A stretch of 64,000 nucleotides of DNA, taken from contig NC_087250.1 of the NCBI RefSeq assembly GCF_037042905.1, positions 23,252,001 to 23,316,000 on the forward strand, in the 5' to 3' direction. Positions 26,559-39,000 of the stretch are shown here, piece after piece (positions within the stretch are counted from its first letter, which is position 1; each line of letters begins with the position of its first letter). The translations under genes and the position numbers were made by a program. The stretch is from Lytechinus pictus (taxonomy: Eukaryota). Under the pieces are notes generated by a model, which was given only the letters and a program-made list of their open reading frames with translations, was not told the origin of the DNA and did no database searches.

Positions 26559-26630
26559 GTCTCTGTGGTATAGTGGTTAAGGCACCGGCGTTCAAAGCTG
26601 GGGGCCCGGGTTCGATTCCCAGCAGAGACA
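26559..26630 (+). tRNA. tRNA-like gene or pseudogene with anticodon TCA (short variable loop, not canonical tRNA-Sec), probably repeat-borne
   Basis: Acceptor stem GTCTCTG/CAGAGAC 7/7; A-box TGGTATAGTGG; anticodon stem CCGGC/GCTGG with loop GT-TCA-AA; B-box GGTTCGATTCC; T6 immediately downstream. Confidence 0.6.
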
Positions 26631-26724
26631 TTTTTTCGGCATCACCAATTTTTCCAAATGGTAGAAAGCTCTGGGAACCTTGATTTAAGCTACGCCTACC
26701 ATTGTTCTCTTCATCCATTTCTTT

Positions 26725-26727
<3 letters not shown>

Positions 26728-26776
<49 letters not shown>

Positions 26777-26793
26777 CGGGTGAGTGTGTGTGT

Positions 26794-26827
<34 letters not shown>

Positions 26828-26832
26828 TATAA
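26728..26832. repeat. (TA)n/(TG)n microsatellite
   Basis: Directly visible. Confidence 0.95.
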
Positions 26833-26926
26833 ACGTGACATACATTCGTAATGTCATATTTTACATTAAACATTATCTCTCCCAACTAGACATCTTCTGA
26901 TTCATTGAACAAGTGATCACGAGACG

Positions 26927-27066
26927 ATGGAGACAAAGGCAAAACTGGTAGTGGTTGGGCTTCCGACGATTTTGTCATTACTGGTAATCACTTTGGTAAA
27001 TCAGAAGGAAGGACTTGGAGATCACAATCCAGCTCCTAGAAATTACATCTCGATTATTCGACAAAG
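26927..27066 (+). CDS. GAL3ST paralog A coding exon 1 (METKAKLVVVGLPTILSLLVITLVN...IIRQ-R)
   Basis: Hydrophobic anchor; AG|GTAAAG donor; homologous to 59685-59827 (both end ..IIRQ-R). Confidence 0.8.
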
Positions 27067-30000
27067 GTAAAGGAAAAGAAAATATATATTTAATTGGAAA
27101 CGGGTATAAATTGCCAAATTCGTCCACTCACTACATGGTCTACCTTCATTTAGTCTAATGCCATTCCGTCCGTCAACATTTCGTCTGACAACTATTTGGT
27201 CCAATAACCATTTGGTCCAATCATCACTTCGTCTAATCACAAGTTCGTCTATGACCATTTCGTCTAATAACAAGTTGGTCTAATACCCATTTCATTTTCA
27301 TTCCTTTTGCAAAAAACATGCACTTTAGTCCAATTAATAAGCCAGTTCGTAGTTCCACTCTGCGCATGATCAGAAGATTGTGCGCGCTAAATTGTGCTTC
27401 CACCACTCATACCGAACTTGAAAATCCTCAATGAACCAAGACGTATGTAATATTCTGAGAAAGATTGAGTAAAATAATTTTCTTACACAACAAATTTTCA
27501 CAGCTATAAGCGGGTAACTCCTTTTCCCCCTAGAAGGCTTTGAAAACCTTACAGAAAATACTCACACAAAACAGGGTAAAACTATCAAGTCCGCTCAATT
27601 TTGACAAGAACTTTATTGATACCTAGATCATCCTGTAGTAGTCAAATTTGAAGATTCTTTTTTATACAGATATTTCATGTCGATATTTCAAAGAATCTAT
27701 CATGTATAATCACACCAATTAACGAAGCCGAATCCAAATGGCATTGGACACGTCTAGATTGATTTAATCGGTCTGGAGACGGCTTATCCGGATGTGTCAA
27801 TATAGCCATTCTCATTTAAAATACCGTGATTATTTGAGCTTATCGCGATCTTTCCTCATCTTGATTCACACTGGAGCAAGCATCGCGATCTTTCTGGACC
27901 CGCAAAAACATAATCCTTGGACATGAGTGCGCTAGCTTGCGCAATGGATTAATTTACCCCATGCACCACCAGGGGCCCGTTTCATAAACATGATAAAGAG
28001 TTACAACCAGGCGCGGATCCATGGGGGGGGGCCGAGGGGGCCTTGGCCCCCCCCCCCCTTCGGCTAAAAAAAGAAGAGGGGGAAAGAAAGAGAAAAAAGA
28101 GGGGAAGAGGGGAAAGAAAGGAAGAAAAAGAAGAAAGGAATAGGGGGAAGAAGGGAAGAAAAAAGAGAGAAGAAAAGGGGGTAAAGAAAAGAGGAAAGGA
28201 GAGAGGGAGAGGGGGAAAGGAAAAGGAGAAAAAAAAGAGAGAGGAAGAAGGAGGAAAGAAGAGAAGAGAGAGAAAGGGGAAAAGAAGAGGGGAAAAGAGA
28301 GAGGAAGAGGGGGAAGGAAGAAGAGGGGGAAAAAGAGAGAGGAAAGGGGGAAAGAAAAGAAGAAAAAGGGAAGAGGGGGAAGGAAGGGAAGGAAAAGGGA
28401 GAGGAAAAGGGGAAAAGAGAAGGAAAAAGAGAGGGAAAGGAAAAGGAGAAAAAAGGAGAGAGAGGGGAAGAGGGGAAAGGAAGAGAAGAAAAAGAGAGGG
28501 AGGAAAAAGAGGAGAGAAAAGGAGAAAAAGAGGAAGAGAAGAAAAGGGAGGGGGAAGGAGAGGGGGAAGAAAAAAGAGGAAGAGGGGAAAAGAATAGGAG
28601 AAAAGGGAGAGAGAGGAAGAGGGAGGAAAGAAGAGAAGAAAAAAGAGAGGGGAAAGAAAAGAAGAAAAAAGAAGAGGGGAAAGAAAAGAAGAAAAAAAAG
28701 GAGAAGAAGAGGGGAAAGAAAGAGAAAAAAGAGGAAGAGGGGGAAGGAAGAGAAGAAAAAGCGAGGGGGGGAAGAGAGAGGAAGAGGGGAAAAGAAAAGG
28801 AGAAAAAGGAGAGAGAGGAAGAGGGAAGAAAGAAGAGAAAAAAGAGAGAGAAGGGGGAAGAAAAGGGGAAGGAAGAGAAGAAAAGGGAGGGGGAGAGGGG
28901 GAAGAAAAAAGAGGAAGAGGGGAATGAAAAGGAGAAAAAGGAGAAAGGAAGAGGGAGGAAAGAAGAGGGAAAAAAAGAGAGAGAAAGGGGGGGAAGAAAA
29001 GAAGAAAAGGGGAGAGGAAGAGGGAAAGGACGAGAGGAAAAAAAGAGGAAGAGGAGGAAAGAAAATGATGTTCGAACCAAAAGGGCGCCGAAATGATGTT
29101 CGAATGAATGTCAAAATGATGTTCGAACTGGGGGCGCCAGATTGATACTCGAACTAGGGGGGAGGGGCCGAATCGATGTTCGAACTAGGGGGACGCCAAA
29201 TTGATACTCGAACTAGGGGGGCTCAGAATTGATGTTGGAACTAGGGGGCGCCAAATTGATACTCGAGCTAGGGGGGCCGAAATGATATTCGAACTAGGGG
29301 CGCCAAATTGATGTTGGACCTACATGTAGGGGCGCCGAATTGATATTCGAACTAGGAGGGCGCCGAAATGATGTTCGAAGGGATGTTAAAATGATGTTCG
29401 AACTGGGGGCGCCAAATTGATACTCGAACTAGGGGGGGGGGGGGGGCCGAATCGATATTCGAACTAGGGGGACGCCAAATTGATACTCGAACTAGGGGGG
29501 CTCAGAATTGATGTTGGAACTAGGGGGCGCCAAATTGATACTCGAACTATGGGGCGCCAAATTGATGTTGGACCTACATGTAGGGGCGCCGAATTGATAT
29601 TCGATCTAGGAGGGCGCCAAAATAATGTTCGAAGGGATGTTAAAATGATGTTCGAACTGGGGGCGCCAAATTGATACTCGAACTAGGGGGGGGGAGGGGG
29701 CGAATCGATGTTCGAGCTAGGGGGCGCCAAACTGATACTCAAACTAGGGGGGCGCCGAATTGATGTTCCAACTAGGGGGGCGCCAAATTGATACTTGAGC
29801 TAGGGGGCGAAATGATTTTCGAACTAGGGAAGCCAAATTCAGTTCGAAGGGATGCCAAAATGATGTTCGAACTGGGGGTCGAATTGATGTTCGAACGGGG
29901 GGGGGGGGGCGAATTGATGATCGACCTACATGTAGGGGCGCCGAATTGATACTCGAACTAGGGGGGGGGGCGCCGAATCGATGTTCGAACTAGGGGCACC

Positions 30001-33000
30001 ACATTGATGTTTGAACTAGGGGGCGCCGAATTGATATTCGAACTAGGGGCGCCAATTTGATGTTCCAACTGGGGGCGCCAAATTGATGTTAGAACTAGGC
30101 GGCGCCAAAATGACGTTCGAACTATGGAGCGCCGAATTGATGTTTGAACAAGGGGGAGGGGGCGAATTAATTTTCGAACTAGATGGGGGCGCCAAATTGA
30201 TGTTTGAACTGGGCGGGGCGCCAAATTGATGTTCGAACTAGGGGAGCGCCAAATTGATGTTCGAACTAGGGGGCGCCGAATTGCTATTCGAACTTGGGGC
30301 GCCAAATTGATGTTAGAACTAGGCGGCGCCAAAATGACGTTCGAACTATGGAGCGCCGAATTGATGTTTGAACAAGGGGGAGGGGGCGAATTAATTTTCG
30401 AACTAGATGGGGGCGCCAAATTGATGTTTGAACTGGGCGGGGCGCCAAATTGATGTTCGAACTAGGGGAGCGCCAAATTGATGTTCGAACTAGGGGGCGC
30501 CGAATTGCTATTCGAACTTGGGGCGCCGAATTGATATTCGAACTAGGGGCGCCAATTTGATGTTCCAACTGGGGGCGCCAAATTGATGTTAGAACTAGGC
30601 GGCGCCAAAATGACGTTCGAACTATGGAGCGCCGAATTGATGTTTGAACAAGGGGGAGGGGGCGAATTAATTTTCGAACTAGATGGGGGCGCCAAATTGA
30701 TGTTTGAACTGGGCGGGGCGCCAAATTGATGTTCGAACTAGGGGAGCGCCAAATTGATGTTCGAACTAGGGGGCGCCGAATTGCTATTCGAACTTGGGGC
30801 GCCAAATTGATGTTAGAACTAGGCGGCGCCAAAATGACGTTCGAACTATGGGGCGCCGAATTGATATTTGAACAAGGGGGAGAATTAATTTTCGAACTAC
30901 ATGGGGGCGCCAAATTGATGTTTGAACTGGGCGGGGCGCCAAATTGATGTTCGAACTAGGGGAGCGCCGAATTGATGTTCAAACTAGCGGGGCGCCAAAT
31001 TGATGTTCGAACTAGGGGAGCGCTAAGTTGATGTTTGACCATAAGGCGACAAATACATGTTTCAGAAGGGGGAGGGCAAAGTGATATTTCACATGGCGCC
31101 AAATTCATGTTCAACCGAGGGCGCCAAATTGACCTTGAACTTAGGGGGCTCCATGCAAATTCATGTTTGACCAGGGGCGCAACATTGCTCGTATTGCCTG
31201 TTTATAGTGAAATTTATTTCCTGCCCAAAAAGGTTAAATTAATGCGGCTGATTTAAAATATCCCGTTTTTACGATAATAGACAAAAATCAATGTGCTCGA
31301 GTTTGAAGTTTGTTTGGCAAGATAGGTATCCTGTTCAGGGTCAGAAAAGGGGTAAATATCAAATTCAGCTGGCGCTACGCGCTCGCAATATTTGATTAGT
31401 GAGGTGTGTATCCTCTCCATCGATCACACGTACATAAGTCCTTAAAATGTTAGTGTTTTTCAAGTCAATATACATAGGCCGATCCAGGGGGCAAAGTTTT
31501 TGCCCCCCCCCCCCCCCCCCCATGGTGGCGCAAAAAAAAAAGGAAAGAAAAAGAAAAAAAAGACGAAGAGAAAGAGGAAAAACTTTTAGAATAGGAATTA
31601 TACCTTAAAAGAGTCCTTCTTAAGTCAGTATATGAAAAAATTTAGCTCGCGCTACGCGCTCGCATCATTGCTTAGTTATATACGCATCCCGACCTCACAG
31701 TTTTTTTTTATGCGAACGAGAAGCACAAGCTGAAAATATTTTATATTCTAATCTAACAACTGAAAATGTCCTTTTCATTTCATCATTAAAAAAGTTTTCA
31801 GCTAGCGCTTCGCGCTCGCATTCATTTCTTAAAGGACAAGTCCACCCCCCAAAAAAATGTTGATTTGAATAAATAGAGAAAAATCAAACAAGCATTATGC
31901 TGAAAATTTCATCAAAATCGGATGTAAAATAAGAAAATCATGACATTTTTAAATTTTGCTTATTTTTCACAAAACAGTGATATGCGCAACTCAGTGACAT
32001 GCAAATGAGACAGTCGATAATGTCCCTCACTCACTAATTCCTTTGTTTTTTATTGTTAGAATTATACAATATTTCATTTTTTACAGATTTTACAATATGA
32101 ACCAGCTTGATTGAACCATTTAGTATTAAACAATGCTAATTGCTCATGTTCAGGGAGGAATTAATCGTTGTTTCACACGACAACGGAGAAAAATTGAATA
32201 TTTCATATTTCATATACTAAAATACAAAAAGAAGTAGTGAGTGAGTGATGTCATCAGTCTCCTCATTTGCATACCGACAAGGATGTGAATATAACTGGTT
32301 TGTGAAATTAAGCGAAACTTTAAAATGTTGTTGGCCTACCTATTATCTTTGTGTATTTCCTATAAGATTCTCAACATATTCCTTTTCAGGTGTTTCGATT
32401 GTCAAAAATGAAGGCCTATGAGCTAGCGCTGTGCGCTCGCATTTTTATTGGTGATTTCTGTATACCTATTCAGTGGCGTAACTACCAGGGGGCATGGGGG
32501 GCACGTCCCCCCCCCCCAAAAAAAAAAGAAATTATTGTTTATTATAATGTTATATTATATCATAATTATTTTACATAAGAAGCATTTTTTCATGACTTTA
32601 TGAAACAGTTTGCTCAGGGCCTATGTCTTCATTGTTCCTGGTGCTCGCATAGACTGTTTAACGAGATGTATAATCCTGTTGTACTAAAACCTCCCGTTTT
32701 CAAATCAATATACACCAAATATATTTCCTCGCATTTCGAGTTATTATTGTTTTATGTAGTGACATTTGCTTCTTTTTCATGACTACTTAAAGTGATAGCC
32801 CAATTTTAGGGTCTTAATATAAAACATTTCCTGTCCGTGCTAACGTTCGCATTAGTTGATTGGTGAGATGTCTGCTCTTCATGAATTCCTAAAATCAGTT
32901 CTTAAAATGTCAATTTTTCTTATCTGAATATCAAATTTTTTTAGCTCGCGCTTCGCGCTCGCATCATTTGGTTAGTGAAATACGTAAGGACTTAGTGAAT

Positions 33001-36000
33001 TCCTACAAACAAGCCTTAGAATGCCCCTCTTCAGGTCTGAATTTCATAAATTTTCAGCTCGCGCTTCGCGCTCGCAGTATTTGATTAGTGAGATGCGTAT
33101 GATAATCATGATTACTATGACTACAAAAAGTGCTTCATATGTTTAGATGTAATTCTAACAAAATCAGCAAAGGATGCCACTATCATTAGATGACTATGCT
33201 GAGATATTTATACTCTTAATGGATACCTAAAATATAGTCCTTAAAATGTCCCTGTTTGGGGTCAATATGTACAAAATTTCAGCTCGCGCTTCGCGCTCGC
33301 ATTATTTAATCAGTGAGATACTTATCCCTTTAATGGCATCGCATGTCCTTAAAATTTCTCTATTAGGTCAGCATACCTGGCAACTGAGCGCGCTCCCTAA
33401 GTGACACCAAATTTGTGGTGGTGCCCCCCCCCCCCATGCCGTGACCCACGGTACGTCACTGTACCTATATATTCTACAACAAACTACTTGAATTCCCCCC
33501 ATTTAAAAATTTCGGATCGCGATTTGCGCTCGCATTATTTGCTATAAATGTATCAACCCATGAATGCTGTTCATGATTACAAAAAATATAAAATATCAAG
33601 TTTTTCAGGCCTCATGCACTGTCAACATATTTCACGCACTCATTAGGCTTATTAGATTAATAAATGAAGAGCTCACTTGCAAAAGGGGTTAGGTCCATTT
33701 TTCATCAAATTTGATTTTTATGTCTCGATGTATAGATTTTTAGTAGCTCTATGAGATGATACCAAAGAAAAGTTGAAATTCCTATTAAAAAGTGAACTAA
33801 AATGGCAAAGAAAAGCCACTTTTTTTTCAAAAGGGGTTAGGTAGGTCCATTTAAGTTTAGTTGCAAAAGGGGTTAGGTCCAAACATAATTTTTTTTGGAA
33901 AAGTATATCATAAAATATATGAAGACAGGTAGATTTCTTTTATACCCAATTTCATGTTCTCATGGAAGGGTATCATGAAAATTCAGTTTCGCATAAGAAT
34001 ATTGCAATATGGGAGAATTAAAAAAATTATTTTCTTGGAGTGGACCTAACCCCTTTTGCAACAAAACTCTTCTGAAGAACTCATTTGTCAAAATGGGTTA
34101 GGTCCATTTTTCTTAAATTTTATTGTTTTCTGTCTCTAAACCTCTAATTTTTTAGTCACTCTGATGATACGAAAGAAAATTTGAAATTCAAATGAAAACG
34201 TGAATGAAAGTGGCAAAGAAAAATCACTTTTTTAATCAAAAGAGATTTGATTCATTTCAGTTTAGTTGCAAAAGGGGTTAGGTCCACAATGATAAATTTT
34301 TTAAAGATATATAGAAAAAAATTGAAGACAGGTAGATTTCTTTTATACCCAATTTTATGTTCACATGATAGGGTAGTACATCATGACAATTTAGTTTTTC
34401 ATAAGACTATTGCAATAAGTGAGAATAAAAAACATGGTTTTTCTCGGAATGGTCCAAAGTGGACCTAACCCCTTTAGCAACTAAACTCTTCAAATATGAA
34501 AAAAAAAATATGAATTCATAACTAAATTGTCCCTTTTTCAGAAAAAAATATCGACACGTTTTAGGAAGAGGAATAGAAGATAGGCATCATTTTTATAAGA
34601 CAAAATGTCCTTAGGCCTAAAATGTCTCGATCCTAGTTTAAAATAATAATAAAATATCAGCTCGCGCTTCGCGCTCGAATCATTTATTAAGTACTTTCCA
34701 CATCCACTTCACAATTCCCCTATATACACAGTGCTTTAAATATTGCTTAAATTGACCCATTTCATATCGGAATTTCAAATATTATTTCCAGCTCGCGATC
34801 CGCGCTCGCATTATTGATTTTCATGATGAAAAAAATGAAATGTATTCAGAATGCCCAGATTTTGTCTAACTCTAAAACACGTGCATGCATGTTTATTGAG
34901 ATACGCATCTTGATCTTATTAAAAACGTGCTAAAATTATCCAGTTTTAGATCAGAATATCAACAATTTTCTGCTCGCGCTTTGCGCTCGCATTATTAATG
35001 TACGAAGATACCAAAAACTACCCATCATTTTTCATGAGTGACGAAACATGAATCGAGTGTCCTGTTGGGGGTTTGAAATCTATTTTTTTAGGTTGGAATA
35101 TCAAAAATGTTCAGCTCGCGCTTCGCGCTCGCATTATTTAATCGTTGAAATATGTATCGTCTTAATGGCTAACTGCAAAACTTCCTTAACAGGTCCCTTT
35201 TCGACCAGGTCAGAACGCACATTAAAAATTTCTGCACGCGCTTCGCGCTCGTAGTAATTATCTAGTTACATACGCATCTTGTTCAGGTTCACAAACATTG
35301 CCCAGAATGTTCAATTTTCAGGTCAAAATACATTAAATTTATTTTTTTTTTTTTATCTCGCATAGGGCTTATGAGATTATTGCACATTAATGTTGTTTAT
35401 AAAGTAAAGCTAGGAAATGATTGTTAGGACATGGGCGTTTTGTCCCCCCCCCCCCCCCCAAAAAAAAAAAAAAAAATCACGACCAAGAAAAAAAAGAGAG
35501 AAAAGGAAAGGGATTATGGTGAAATATAAAATATTTTCCAAATATTATGTCAAATATATCGCGCTTCGCGTTACCATTATTTATTTAGGCCTTGTGAGAT
35601 ACCTCAATGTGTTTTTAAGAATAAAATTTCGGAATTTCTTTAACTTCTACCCCCCATTTTTTTATTTTTTTATCTTGGTGCCCTCTACAAAAGTTCAACA
35701 AGCCCCGCCCCCCCCCCCCCCGTGCAACCCTGCTGAATAAATCACAGCTTCGCCACTGATGAGGAGATTGAGTCGATTGCTTCGAGATTGCATTATTCCC
35801 AAGAGGTTATCATTGATATTAATGAGGGCTATTCTAAACAACTAGTAAAGAAACTACAGCTCCCGTTCACACAATATTCTAGTAGGGCCTACTCTGGTGA
35901 GAAGTTAAACCAAATTGAGACCCCCCAAAATCGCTCGCGCTTCGCGCTCCCATTGATATTATATTATATATTCATGGATTTTTTTTTCAAGAACACATTA

Positions 36001-39000
36001 AAAAAGTGGTCTTTAATTGCCTTTTTTTTAATGTGATTATGTAATAAGATAATTCAAAATACATTCAAGGCATTTAAGTTACATTTAAGTTAGCCTGGCC
36101 GGGAGGGAGGGGGCGCCATTTTTCGAAAAGTGCACATGGGCGCCAAAAATCACGTCAAATTTGGGCCCCCCTCCCCACGAAATCTTGGATCCGCGCCTGG
36201 TTACAACTGTTGTAACTTTGCCATTATGGCAACTACCATGGCAAACTTGATTCTGATTGGCTGATGAGCCCTGTTACCATGGTAGTTGCCATAATGGCAA
36301 AGTTCCAACAGTTGCAAGTCCTTTATGAAACGGACCCCAGCTTTTCTTTGTCTATCGTCAACGCGCGAAATTTAAACAAAACCTCGCGGAGTCTCGGATC
36401 ATATGATTCACATGAGAAAACTTGCGAGTACTAGTAGTTTACTCGCAATGATAGAATGATAGCAAGATGGCTCCCGATTGCCTTCATCGACATTCCTCCG
36501 TCTAAAGGGCATTCCTTGTCGCAGAAGATACCTCATTGAAGAAAATATCCTGACAAGAGAGTGGCGAGCAGTATCTTGCTGTTCTTTGATCTGCTTGTTG
36601 AGTTGACTGTCAATTGATGAGCCACCGAAAACCTGTGGGTTTCTGACATCTGGTTCCCATCGAACCGTTCAGTAGCCTTTTTCCACTTGTTGAATCCATC
36701 AAAAATGAAGGCTGGATCTCGTTTCTTTGATAATGTCAAGATTCCCATAGCTTCAGCCCGCTTGCACTAGAAACAAGTAGTCCGGGTTATAATTGAGCAA
36801 GGTGCCACAAGAAAAAGGAGAAATTTTCATATAGTGCTTCTAGACCAGTTTTTTACGCTGAATATGAATATATGAGGTAACCAGGCTGTATCCTGAAAAT
36901 TAACCCGTGAGGGCGCTTTTTTCAAAATGGCCGCCAAATTTTCAGAACATTTGAATTTTCGTACATAGATTTTGACATAAATATTCCATTGCCACAAAAT
37001 TAGTGTCATATGAAAGACAAATAAATTTTCTACAATTTGGTACTATTTATAGGGGATAAGTAGGTCATTTGGCTGAGATTTTAAGTAGAAAACTGCATTT
37101 TTTGCCATTTTTTCCCAAAAATTGAAAATTTAGCAAATACATGATTTTACATAATTCTGAAAAAATGAATGAATTACCTTGAAATGTTCCAGAAAACTTT
37201 ATTGACATACTATTATCATGTGGATGAAATTCCAACTCTGTATCATTCTTCTTAGCAAATTTATAAGGTATCAAACTTGAATACTTCAATTTCAGAAATG
37301 TCGCTTTTTGTATGCATTTCCATAGACTAATACGTATAACATGTACTGTACATGTATAATATGTATAATGTATAGTTTAATAAAATTTAAATGCAATTAT
37401 CTCCGCTTTTTAACCACTTGGAGAGTTAAGAGTAGGCTTTTCTCTATCAGCTACATAAAACAAAATGTTGGCACATCGAGGCCTAACACTCTCATGGGGT
37501 GGGGGTGTCGAAGCCCCCCACCCCCTTTGGCTATATCATGTTGTTGTATATTGCCTATTGGAAAATCACTATTTTTTGAAGCACCCATTGAGGCAAAAGG
37601 CATTTCTGCTATACAGTACAGCCACTTTAATTACTTTGAAACCGCTTGGAGAGGAAAAGAGTAAGCTTTGTCATTTTTGTTCTACCAGCTATATCAAAAG
37701 AAGTGGCACGTACATCGAAGCCAACCCCTCTCGGGGGGGAGGGCGCTGGGGAAGTCACCCCTCCCCCTTTTGCTTATTGCCAATGTATTTGGAAATTCAC
37801 CATTTTGGACCCAACATTGAGGCAAAAAAGCGTTTGTGCTTTATAGTATTTTATCAATTTGAGAGAGTAGAGTTTGTTCTACCAGCTACATAAATAAGCG
37901 CTAGCACATCGAACCCTAGCCCTCTCAGGGGCTGTCTAAGTCACCCCCTCCTCTATATCATGTATGTTGCCTATTTATTGGAAATTTCACCATTTTGGAT
38001 CACCCATTGAGGCATAAGGGCGTTTCTATATCATACAGCCAATTTTATTTTCTTGCAATTACTTGGAGAGGCAAGAGTAGGTTTTGCTCTATCAGCTGCA
38101 TATGAACAAGTGCTGGCAAATAAAATCCTACCCCTTCCGGGATGCTGTTGAAATCACCCCATCCCTTTTGCATTATAGCATATTTATTGAACAATTCACC
38201 ATTTTGGAGCCCCCATTTAGGCAAAAAGGCGTTTCTGATATAGTTCTGCCACTTTTACTGCCTTGAAACCACTTAGGGAGGAAAGAATAGGATTTGCTTT
38301 ATCAGCCACATATAAAGAAGTGCTGGCAAATAAAAGCCTACCCCCTCCGGGAGGCTGTTGAAATCACCCCACCCCTTTTGCATTATTGCTTATTTATTGG
38401 GAAATTCACCATTTTGGAGCCCCCATTTAGGCAAAAAGGCATTTCTGATATAGTTCTTCCACTATTACTGCCTTGAAACCACTTAGGGAGTAAAGAATAG
38501 GTTTTGCTTTATCAGCTACATAAAAAGATGTGCTGGCAAATAAAAGCCTACTCCCTTTAAGGGACTGTCGAAATTACCCCCCCCCCTTGAAATTCACAAT
38601 TTTGGAGCCTCCATTGAGGAAAAAAGGCGTTTATGATATATAGTTCTGCCACTTTTAAATCCTTGAAACCACTTAGGGAGGAAAGAATAGGTTTTGCTTT
38701 ATCAGCCACATATAAAAAAGTGCAGGCAAACAGCAGGAGGCTGTCGAAATCACCCATCCCTTTTGCATTATTGCCTATTTATTGAAAAAATCACCACTTT
38801 GGAGCCCCCATTGGGGCAGAAAGTCATTTCTGATTATGTTTCTGCCTTTTTTCACCCTTGAAAACTCTTGGAGAGAAAAAATAGGCTTTGCTTTAACAGC
38901 TACATATAAAGACATGCTCGCAAATAAAAGCCTATCCCCATCAGAGGGCTGTTGAAATCACCCCACCCCTTTTTCATTATTGCTTATTTATTGGAAAATT

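Larger units (their letters stand above)
28008..36199. mobile_element. 8.2-kb non-autonomous hAT-like element
   Basis: TIR caggcgcggatcc / ggatccgcgcctg; perfect 8-bp TSD gttacaac (28000-28007, 36200-36207); splits a Harbinger-like MITE (about 27972-36337). Confidence 0.85.

Noticed and set aside
26559..26630. Canonical selenocysteine tRNA gene
   Set aside because: Too short (72 nt), no long variable arm, and not the tRNA-Sec stem architecture; kept only as tRNA-like.
27954..29145. Long F/L/S/P-rich and K/R/E/G-rich ORFs
   Set aside because: A polypurine tract lacks stop codons by composition.
29958..30947. Repetitive ORFs in the 30-bp array
   Set aside because: Minisatellite translation with frame-shifting G-runs.
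29066..31180. Palindromic repeat array as CRISPR
   Set aside because: No unique spacers; inter-unit variation is only G-run length and point changes.
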